Source: Macrostomum lignano (Eukaryota). From it: 64,000 bases of DNA. The stretch lies in contig NIVC01000571.1 of assembly GCA_002269645.1 (NCBI GenBank), forward strand, positions 1 to 64,000, given 5' to 3'. Positions 22,901 through 33,200 of this stretch are shown here, piece after piece. The stretch's first letter is position 1, and every line of letters starts with the position of its first letter. The translations under genes and the position numbers were made by a program. Under the pieces are notes generated by a model. It worked only from the letters and a program-made list of their open reading frames with translations, had not been told where the DNA came from and ran no database searches.

Positions 22901-24004
22901 CTGAATATTCCAACCAGCTGTCCTGAATATTCCAACCAGCTGTCCTGAATATTCCAACCAGCTGTCCTGAATATTCCAACCAGCTGTCCTGAATATTCCA
23001 ACCAGCTGTCCTGAATATTCCTACCAGATGTCCTGAATATTCCTACCAGCTGTCCTGAATATTCCTACCAGCTGTCCTGAATATTCCTACCAGATGTCCT
23101 GAATATTCCTACCAGCTGTCCTGAATATTCCTACCAGCTGTCCTGAATATTCCTACCAGCTGTCCTGAATATTTTATCTTCAGTCCAAAGGACCTCAGCA
23201 CTACAATTAACTTTATATTTAGAACTCACCGGAGGCACCTTGAGCTGCAGGTTGTGGATGAGCTTGTGCACAGCGCCGGTGCAGCCGCTCCCAGTGAAGA
23301 TGACGGCGTCCAGGTCGCTGGCCCGGCAGCAGTTCCTCACAATGTCCCTGGCCTCGTCCCGGAACATGGTGGTCTGCAGCGAGGTGACCCCTGTGGTGGT
23401 GTGCGTGTTGCCGTAGTGGGTCAGCACCTCATCGCGGATGTAGTCCTCGATGAAGCTGAGAGCCCTGCCGGAGGCTGTGTAGTCGCAGTAAACCAGGTGC
23501 CGCTGACCGAACGGCCCATTGAAAGGCATGTAGGAGCCGATGACGGACCTGCGTGGGGTTTTTTTAATGGTGAATCCCGGTGGTAAATTGAAGTTGCTGG
23601 GTTCGATTTCTCGTGTAGTCAAATTAAATCTGGCGTTTACTTTTAAGATTTACAAGTCATGAGGGCATGCTATACACTCTATGAGTCATGAGTGCCATGA
23701 GTATAAATCTATGGGTATATGGGAACAAACATATCTACTTGCCTCCTTGACTGGCTATGGGTCAGCTGTCTCCAGAAGCCCCAATGTGACTAACCAAACC
23801 TAAACAGGAAAATATGCTGTAAAACAAGTAAAGAATCTATGCAACAAACCTATTGATGTAGTCTAGCAGAGCATGCCCAGCTGGTTCCTCATTCTCTGCT
23901 GGCTGCTGGCTGTCCTGTCTTGGGATTTCATAGAATTTCCGAGGCTGGTGCTCTGTCTTGGCTGGAGAATCTGGTGCCACCTGCTGCTGCTGTTCTTGGC
24001 TCAT
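16906..24004 (-). CDS. Cysteine desulfurase (aminotransferase class V)-TtcA-like tRNA 2-thiolase fusion with C-terminal TM helix, join(24004-23850, 23548-23230, 22634-21879, 20883-20402, 20151-19366, 17482-16906), ~1024 aa
   Basis: All five introns are GT-AG with matching phases (2,0,0,2,2) and the CDS totals 3075 nt. Desulfurase: YCDYTASG, VIFTGSGCT, EHHSNLLPW, FDYAAAAP, SCHKF (PLP Lys), EGGTP, RSGCACAG (persulfide Cys). TtcA: CLSGGKDS (PP-loop), CAYCARMKRG, GQHLDD, VIRPF, NCPAC. Tail: LLPSLTSVLVFLLTLAFAAFVY. Confidence 0.9.
17520..19235. repeat. Intronic minisatellite, ~18-bp unit (CTCTGGGGTGCTCTGAGGA and variants), ~1.7 kb
   Basis: Direct reading. It fills most of the last intron of the fusion gene and produces the spurious 576/573-aa ORFs. 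Confidence 0.97.
20922..21681. repeat. Intronic minisatellite, 31-bp unit (CACTGAGTGAGTCTGTGTGGCATGGATGCAG) with 29-bp variants
   Basis: Direct reading. Confidence 0.97.
22695..23172. repeat. Intronic minisatellite, 22-bp unit (CAACCAGCTGTCCTGAATATTC)
   Basis: Direct reading. Confidence 0.97.
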
Positions 24005-25450
24005 TGCAATAAAAAACAAGCTTTAGGACATGAATTAAAATAGTAATCCAATCCATTAACTTTGTCTATAATTAAGTACAAATATATAAATTATAAAAAA
24101 TTATAAGTTCATTTTACACTTAACAAACTGACAATTCTAGTGCTCAACAAAGTTTAAAATGCTAAGACTAGCCTAAGCCCAATATACTATCTCTAAGTAA
24201 TAATTACTTAGACATAGGCATATAATGACCTCAGTTTAGGTTAGTATTTAAATTGAAACTTTAGAAGATTAACTTTGATGACTTTGAGAACAATCATAAA
24301 ACATGAAACTAGCCAAATAAGACCTACAAAAATAATTTCTCTATGGCTATAGTCTATATCATGCAATATATACACATTATTTATATATATATAATAAATA
24401 GAAATATTAAAGCACTCATATGTGATATTGATTATATGTTTCTAACTTATAGTCAGTTGAAGAGTTTTAATTTATATATATCTAAAGGGTTATTGACCAT
24501 ATTGCAATAGATAAAAATAAATAGACAAACAAGTAGCCTAGATTTGTTACCATATATCTATGCTAATAAGCCAATATATTGCTACAACTAATCAATAATA
24601 CATTGCTTGCTAGTTTCCAAAAAATATTTTATTTAACTTATGTGGTATTGTACCCTAAATTTTTTTATTAAAGGATATAAAAAACATAAAAATTATTTAT
24701 AAAGCAAAATTATTTATAGGCAGGCTTATTCATAGGTAGGCTTTATACCTAGCTCACCTAGGCCCCTGATAATAAGAGATATCATTGTCAACATTTGTTT
24801 ACTTTTGTATATATTGATTGAAGTGAAACGAAGGCACCGTTAGCAAGAGGATGTAAGAAATCAGCCGACACGCGCATGATGCGTGAACAAGCATCCAGCC
24901 TTGGCAGCAACTCCCCAGATGCACAAGATCTACATGCCTAAAAATAGTCTTGATGATCGGCAAGCAAGAAGCCTAGCCATGCGACCCTCGCGTGATGCAT
25001 GCACAACCTCTGACCAACACTGCCTATTGGGCCTCGAAATCCCACTCTCTCTCCCTACTGCTCCTATTCCTCGTTGCTCGCGTACAATCTGTTAACTTAT
25101 AAAATATACTGATTGAAGAGGAAAGATCCTTGCCTGAAGTTTGAGAATGTGACTCTAGAGATCACAAAGAGAAAGTTACCATCAGGTCCATTGTTCATTG
25201 TCTTCCTGAACTGTTGGCAGAAGGAAACGATAATATGGGAAAAACCCATATAAATTGTCGTTTCAATATTGTATATCTACCTATCTATCTATTTTATTGA
25301 ATGATTGACAAAATAAATGCAGGGCTGTCCCGGAGGGGACACAGCGGGAAGGTGCAGGCACCCATTCTGCTAGATTGACAAAATAAGAATTCAGCTATTA
25401 TTAGTAGCCCATATAAAAACATAGTGTCATTGATGTTAAATACTTTTTAG

Positions 25451-25822
25451 CAGTGGCATAATTAGGGATTTCAATTAGGGGGGGAGGGGGCGGGTTGGCC
25501 TGGCTGGCCAGCCTTTTGCCATTGCCATTATTGGTGCCATAGGTACTCATTTTGAAGCACTCATTTTGGCGCCGCAGGCACTTATTTTGGTGCCACAGGT
25601 ACTCATTTTAGCACCACAGGCACTCATTTTGGCGCTGCAAGTACTTATTTTGGCACTGCAGGCACTCATTTTGGCGCCACAGCCATAGGCACTTATTTTA
25701 TCACCGCAGGCACTCAATTGCTTCATGGTTTTTGGTACCCGCTGCGCCCAACCCCACCCCCAAGCGATTGGGGAGGGGGGGGGGGCCGCGGCCCCCTGCC
25801 TAGCTGGCTAGCTACTCCACTG
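25451..25822. mobile_element. hAT-type MITE, 372 bp, with internal ~22-bp tandem repeats
   Basis: TIR CAGTGGCATA / TACTCCACTG, perfect 8-bp TSD CTTTTTAG (25443-25450 / 25823-25830), internal GGCACTCATTTTGGCGCCGCA-like repeats. Confidence 0.85.
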
Positions 25823-27088
25823 CTTTTTAGGCTATTTTGCTCTTCTTGGTCACTTTATAATTGTATATGACGAAATGGAGTATGATGATCTGACGAGCAA
25901 ACAATGCACCACATTATTAATTAGTACACTCTAGGAATCGAACTATATTTCTTGTGATTTGATATAGAATATAAAATCGAATTACGTCTAGCTAGGTTCT
26001 ATATAATTAATTTAGTTTTTTTAGTTCCACATTATGGGTATCTATCAAGCTGAAATTTACTGTCTATGTTACTCTTAAAAACTTATATATTGACATAGTT
26101 GGCAACCTGTGTAAAAATCAAACGAATCAAATGCATTATGACCGGTTTTTTAGTTCCAGTTCCCCAGTTCCTACATCATTTTCCTAAGTTATATACTTCG
26201 TGGAATAAATTCAAACTTAAATTTGATTATTCCTTTGCAAATGTTAAACCAAAATTTACGCTTTTATCGAAAAGGAAATATGCACTTAGATAGGTTTGTA
26301 GTTTAAAAATAATAAAAGCATTTTTTCTTTTTAATTTTAAAATTTACAGCAACATATAGAATATTTAGAGAACTTCGTTTGAAGGTAAAGAAAGTGACTA
26401 ATTTACTCCAACGTGTCGTAGAAAATATTATCAGTAGTTTTTTTCCAGTCTTATTAGGCTAGGCCTATACGCTCGTAGCCTCGTACATCAGTACCAAAAA
26501 CTTGCCATGTTGTACAACCTAGTCCTAGTTATTCGTCCCTATTGTAGAATATTAGAAACAACATGCTTTTGTTCACTGTTTTTTATATTAGGCCCTATAT
26601 TAATTTAATATTAGTATTAATATAAGTTGCTATTATCAAGTTGCTCAATTGCATGCTCAGTGTCATCTTTGTTAATTGGCTAGCATAATTTATTTCAACT
26701 TTCATTATCAACAGACAACAAGACAAAACCAAATGAATTCTAGAAGTAGTCATTTTTTTAGAGAACTAACAACTATTTGTACTATGAAATATTGTTGAGC
26801 TAATATTAATAATAAATGCAATTGCTATTTTCATAACAAAATTGTTTTTTATTGTCAATGCATAAAATGGTTTCGTAACATATTACAAAAAAGACATCTC
26901 ATTCTCATTATACATTAAAACTTTGCATGACTTTTAGCAGATAAACTGATAGCGCACCTATAAAAATATGCTTGAACCATTTGAACATTCTAGGCTTATA
27001 TAGGCCTTAAGTTTTAACTATATAAATATTAAAACTGTTAGTTTTAGTCATCTCATATTATAGGCTTATAAAAAGCAAAATGGCTATG

Positions 27089-27902
27089 ACAAGTATAACT
27101 ATAACTTTGGCTGTCAACTTTTCCGTTAACTTTTCCGTCAACTTTTCCGTCAAGTATTCTGTCAAATTTTCCGTCAACAATTTATTGTTCTGAAAAAACA
27201 TATGTGACTTTCTCAAATAGGATCATCATGCGAGTAGCTCTGATCATTTATTGTGCTTGCATGCTTATATATATCAATGAAAAAACAAGCCTGCGTTAGT
27301 AACAACGTACATCTTTTCCATTTTCCCTAGTACCAGCGCTTTATTTCACAAAGATAAATCGATGAACAAGTGCAGATGTTATAGTGCAGGTAGTGCAGCA
27401 ATACCAATTAAATTCTAGAACATGTCGTGCTAGAAATTTTTGCATGTGTTTTTTATTTCTAATTTATACATGTACATTGTGTATATACTCAACAAATTTA
27501 AAGCATGTATAAAAAATTGCTACGGAAACTGCACTTATGCAAAAAATTAACACTTTCCATTCAGAGTACACTAAAAATTTGATAGAATATATTTTACGGA
27601 CTTGCATAAATGTTGATGAAATAGTTAACGGAAAAGTGATGAGATATTTGGCAGAAAAGTTAACGGAATAGTAAACGGAAATGTTGACGGAAGAGTTAAT
27701 GGAAAAATTTATCAGAATACTTGACAGAATAGTTAATGGAAAAGTTAACGGAAAAGTTGATGGAAAAGTTGACGGAATAATTATCGGAAAAAAGTTATTT
27801 ATCCTACTAACACGAAAAGTTGACAGAATAGTTGACGGAATAGTTAATGGAAAAGTTAACAGAAAAGTTGATGGAAAAGTTGACAGCCAAAGTTATACTC
27901 GT
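27089..27902. mobile_element. Non-autonomous foldback-like TIR element, ~814 bp, with modular 12-bp subterminal arrays
   Basis: Inverted ends ACAAGTATAACT(ATAACT)TTGGCTGTCAACTTTTCC / GGAAAAGTTGACAGCCAAAGTTATACTCGT, 8-bp TSD TGGCTATG (27081-27088 / 27903-27910), and GTTGACGGAAAA-type repeats in opposite orientation at each end. Confidence 0.8.
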
Positions 27903-30222
27903 TGGCTATGAATATTTTATAGTCATGAGAAAAAAAAATAGTTATATTAATGGTTAAAAATTAGAAGGGGTATATTTAATAAGCTAGCTAAGGTTTATAA
28001 CAAGAACCACAAAAAGTTACCATTGTATTAATATATCTTTAAAATTTAGTAAGACTTCTCTTAGTCTTATTATTAGCATTGTAAGTTAGCTATTTAATTT
28101 AGATAATATTTGTTTTATATGTTAACCATTCAAAACCATTTTGCTATTTATGTAGTCATTATAACAATAAAGGCCTAACAACTACAAATAATAAAATTAA
28201 AATAAATCAAAATATATTAAGGCTCATACCTAGTCTTAAACCATATTTAAAGGGCTTTGTAATTATATAGTATAGCTTTGGTTTTTCTACATGCTTTACA
28301 TAATTATATATATATATAATAATTTAGAAATTATTTTCCTTTCTTAGCTTTTTTTAGTTTTTGTATTATATATATATATATATATGTATATATATTTATT
28401 TGATTTTAAATGTTTTGTTGTACATTTTATATTTGCCTTATGTTTTTGGGTGCCTAGTTGATCAATTTTTAAGATATGTCTTGGTGATTATGCTATTATC
28501 TTGATTATACTAGCTAGGTTAGGTCTAGCGAAGTCAAATATTGCTGTATTATTCATATATAGGCCCTAATTGTTTAGTGACAATTTTTTTATACTTTTGT
28601 AAATTTCAAAAATAGATTTTAACTTAATATTAATTTAATGTTGAAATAGGGCATTCAATCTTTCATCCTAAGATATAGTTTATCCTTAAATATATATAGC
28701 TTATTTTAGGCTATAATTAATTTATTTAACTTTGTTATTAATTCTGCCAAGTTGCATTTAATAGTTAATATAATCAGTCAATATTTTCAAAATCAATCAA
28801 TCAAAATCAAATCAATTAACTCAATATAGTCAATATTTAATTTAGATTAAAATCTAGATCTAGATTTGCATGTAGATTTTCATATATTTAAAAGGAAAGC
28901 TAAAATGTGTTGATCATAAGTTAAAATAATTTAAGTCAATTTTATTAATTAATAGGTATACTATAAATTATAATTTCCATCTGCATTATCTCCCAGGGTT
29001 CCTTTATAAAAAATTATACCTAGTTAAGTTAAATAAGAGAATTTTGCTATCATGCTATTTTAAAAGTAACTTAGTTTAATTTTGGTAAGGAAAAAGCAGT
29101 AACTAACTTATACAATCAATATAAGGTGACAAACTAGTTAATATATCAAACTAATTAATATTGAAATGTAATTAATAGTTTGTTTAGTATATATTATATA
29201 AAATATTACATCTATAGAAAGAAAATCAAAGGCATATATAGATGAGCATTATTTTGCTACAAGTGATACCCAAAATTATATTGAATGTTTATTTATAAAC
29301 ACAAAAAATATCAAGTTTTATTGAAATCTTTGTTGAATTCTATTAGCCTTTTTGGATATGTACTTAGCCTAGTTGTCAATGTATGGTTTACTTACTTTTT
29401 TCAAACAGGCTTTGACAATATGGCTTTTGGTTATAAAATGTACAATTTTTAAACTTCAATATTAAGTTCCTATAAAACTTTTTAGAATGTTTTTGAAATT
29501 TATGCTCAAGGATAAAAACCAATTAAAGCTTGAACTCATAGCTTTGGATCTTTGATTCTTTGTCCCAATTGCAGAGAAAATTATTTTTATATATGACAAT
29601 ATTAACAAAGCAAAAATCATATATGGCTATTATGATTTTTACAATTATAAAGATTTAGATAAGAATAAATACTTGTTTTTCTTCTTAATTATTATATATA
29701 GAAGGCAGAAGAAAGGCAAGAAGGAAGAAGAACTTTAACCAGTTTAACACTTGAATATATATGTAAGTGATTAGGGTTATAAGTAGTAGTTTACAAGATT
29801 AAGAATCATTAGACATATTGTATTTTTGAAGATAAACTAAAAGTTGGTGTAAAATTTCTGACATTTCAATATCAATTTGGTTTTTAATCTGTTTATTTAA
29901 TGTTTATTAATGTTAATATTATATCTTACTAATATTGATTATATTATATTTCACACCATGGAAATAGATGTCAGTAGAGGTACATTTAATTTTTGCCATA
30001 AATTGGTTACTTTAAATTGTTTCATATTAATTCATCAAAAAGATAAAAATCATTGCTGTTTTAAAGCTTGTTTTAAGTCCTAGTAATTGTGCAATAATTC
30101 TGTCTAATAAGCATTAGCAATCACTAAACTACCTGTAGTGAGCACAAAATGAAACCAAGCACAAAATGCAAATTGAACTCAGAAAATCCCCTTTCAGTCC
30201 AGCCTGCACCGCCTGTCCCAGC

Positions 30223-33200
30223 ATGATTTCTGAGGCGTCCGCTCAGCGCTTTGCTGAGCTGGAGCTCGAGTGCAGCTCGGCAGGCAGTCTGTTTGCCAAC
30301 CTGGTGTGCGACATGAAGACTGGCATTCCCCTCTATGAGGAGCTCATCAACAAGGCTCAGAAGCTTAATGGCGCTTTCAAGTAAGCTCAGTTGGGACTCA
30401 ATGCTGCTCACATAATTCCAGAATCAACAGCGGGGGATAGCGAGTCATTTCCCCTGTTCCTATTGCCAAGTGGGGGGCATTTCAGGTCACGAAATTCTCC
30501 TAACAGCAGTTGAGACGGTTAGCTTGCTGGGGGGGGGGCATTGCTGCAAACCCCACAGCCAGCGAGGGGGCCAGCATCCGCGCTCATTCCGCTGGCCCCT
30601 GAGCATACATGCGCAACAGTCGGCCGATCCGGCCGACCGATTTGGCGGCCAACCAAGGAAGTCGCAAAAATGCCCACCCAAAAAAATCCAAGTAGTAGTA
30701 CTAATTAGCTGACGAGGCATTTTGACTAAATAAGACTCATAGTTACTCTTGCCGTTTACCCAAAGTTGCGTTAATTTTGCTTAATGGTTTTCTTACATGT
30801 AAGTCGCATTTTTGGCCCAAAACTACGTCGCATTTTGTTAAAACTAAGTCGCATGGCCGACCGAATTTTGGAGGTTGCGCATGTATGCCCTTGAGCGCTT
30901 ACACAGGGTGTAATTGAGATTTTGGGTAATTCACTGGCATAGCAACGGCAGTTGTTTACTTTAGATACGGAGCTAGTGACTGAATTCTATTAATGAATTC
31001 TGAGCAACTCCTCACCATTGCAGGGTGCTGCTAACGGCGAGCTCGGCATTCCTGGACTCGTTTCAAAAGATTGCGGACCTGGCTTCCAGCACCCATGGTA
31101 AGCCCTGGCGCTCTTATCTCTGATCCCCAGGCCTTGGCCTGCCTCGCAGCTGCTGCGCTGGGCATTACGTAATAATTCCATCCCTGCCGAATCCCCTCTC
31201 TCCCTGGAAGTCCCAAATCGCCCTCTCTGTCACCTGGGCTGCGGTGTGTTTTCCATGGTTCACAGCATTTCCCGCGTCTCGGGCATTAATTGTTCCTCTG
31301 CAATGCATGTTTTTATTGCTAAAAAGCCATTTTTTCTGCTGCTTTTTGGCCTGTTTCCAGCCCGTGTTATGTAAGAGCGCATGGGCGATGCCTGCGCGCC
31401 TCCATTGCCGAAATGGCCGCTCCATGGCTACTCGCCAAACTCGCCATTGGCGCTCCTTTCTTGAGGGCCATAAAAAGACTTTTTCGCATTTGTTTACGAG
31501 TTTTTTTCTGAGACCTTTTTTCCACAATGCATGCAGTGAGCAGTGCTCTACGCGCTGTGGACTTCAGTGTTTGTAAACTCAGAGAGACCCAGCTAGCGAG
31601 AAAGGAGAGTGGAGAGCTGCTGCTGCTGCTGCTGCTGCAGAATAGCAGGAGGGAGAGGCGGCTGTGAGAGCTGCGCTGGCAGTGCCGAGGCCGGGGTCAA
31701 GTCCGCTGGGTGACCCGCTCTCGCCCAGCTGCTGCGCTATGGGGGGGGGGGGGCAGACCCTGTGGCCTTTTTGTCAAAGCCGTCTCCGAATTTTCTCTCC
31801 GCTGTTTGACAGTTCATTTTCGGTGGGGGGGGGGTCCGCCCGATATAGGAAAGCTGCAGTTTGCAAAGATGGGCAATTTCTCCCCTATTCGCTTTCAATT
31901 CATTCGCCCCGATGCCTGGGGAGGGTGCATTGCGAACTGGCACTCGGCACAGCCGCCTTGTACCCGCTATGAACTCGGTTGTGCTGCAGATTTGTATGGC
32001 GCCGCGCATTTAAAGCAACTTTCTTCAAGTTGTCAGCATTTTAATTATTGTGTTAGCGTAGCCAGTACAGGCTGGGTGCCATACAGCACTCTTTTCTGCC
32101 TTCATACTGTATTTGTCTGTAAATTAGAGTTGCTTAACTGAGTGGTCTAGCGCGTTTACCGCAGGTTAAGCTGAGTTGGCCGTGGTTAGTACGCAGCTAG
32201 GGCTGTAGGCACTGGCGCAACGCCTTCGTCGACATGACTGTAATGACTCAGGAGTCAGGCAGTGTTTGTGGCGTGCGAGAAAAAGCCTTAACCCTCCAAG
32301 TAGGGTGAGACGATATTTATATTTGGAAGCGATCTGGAATTTGGCGCTATTGTCCTTGCCGCTGAGCGTGCAGAACACCTCGTTGACTGGCTGGTCTGCA
32401 AGCTGGTCTTGCTCGGGCTGTAGCGCGTTGATCTTCGAGCGGCTGAGGCAGGCCTTGGCCAGGTGGTTGAACTTGCCGCAGTTGGTGCACCGCTTGCCTT
32501 GCGCCCTGTTGCAGCTCCTGTGGCCCGACTCGCCGCATCGGATGCACTTCGCGGATGGCTGCGGCTGGCGCGACAGTTCCGGCGGCGGGTAGCGCTGGCG
32601 GCGCACCTGCGCTACTTCCTCAGAGGCTGCCGCTGTCCTGGACATGATGGCCGCCTGCTTTTCTGCTGCCTCGTGCGTCCTGGCCAGTTGGAGGGTGTCC
32701 GCCAGGTTGATGTTGGGGATGTTCAGCAGCCGCTTCCTCAGCGACTCGCTGCGGCAGCTGGCCACAATTTGGTCCCTGACGAGCGAATAACGTAGGCTCT
32801 CGAACTGGCAGGCTTCCGAGGCGCTCCAGAGTCTGCTGTGCCAGGCGTCTATCGACTCGCCTTCGTCCTGCACGCACTGGCGGAATTGGTAGCGGAGAAA
32901 CACAATGTTGTCGCGACCTTGGAAATGCTTGGTGAACAGAGCGATCAGCTGGTCGACCGTGGGTTCGACTGTAGGTTCGCCTTCTGTTGTGTCGGTCTCT
33001 GTTGTTATGATCTCGCTATACAGGTCGCTTACTTCTTTGCCTGCCGTGTATAGGAGGATCTGGCGTTTCTGTGTCTCGTTTGTGATGCCCGTGGCCGCCA
33101 GGTAGCGTAGAAGGTTGGATGACCACTCCTGCCAGCGCTTGCTTGTGGAGTGGGGGTCGTCTCTAATGCTAAAGTTACCTGGGGCCGGCAGTTGTAGGAA

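Noticed and set aside
16906-24004. Bacterial contamination or recent HGT explaining the TtcA-like gene
   Set aside because: It has five spliceosomal introns filled with host-style minisatellites, and codon style like the neighbouring host genes. An ancient transfer is not excluded.
28000-30100. Extremely AT-rich stretch with (TA)n
   Set aside because: No ORFs, repeat boundaries or structure beyond low complexity; ordinary intergenic DNA for this genome style.
30428-30594. Possible additional CAGCGG..CCGCTG MITE next to the 28S-MITE
   Set aside because: The inverted ends are weak and no matching TSD was found.
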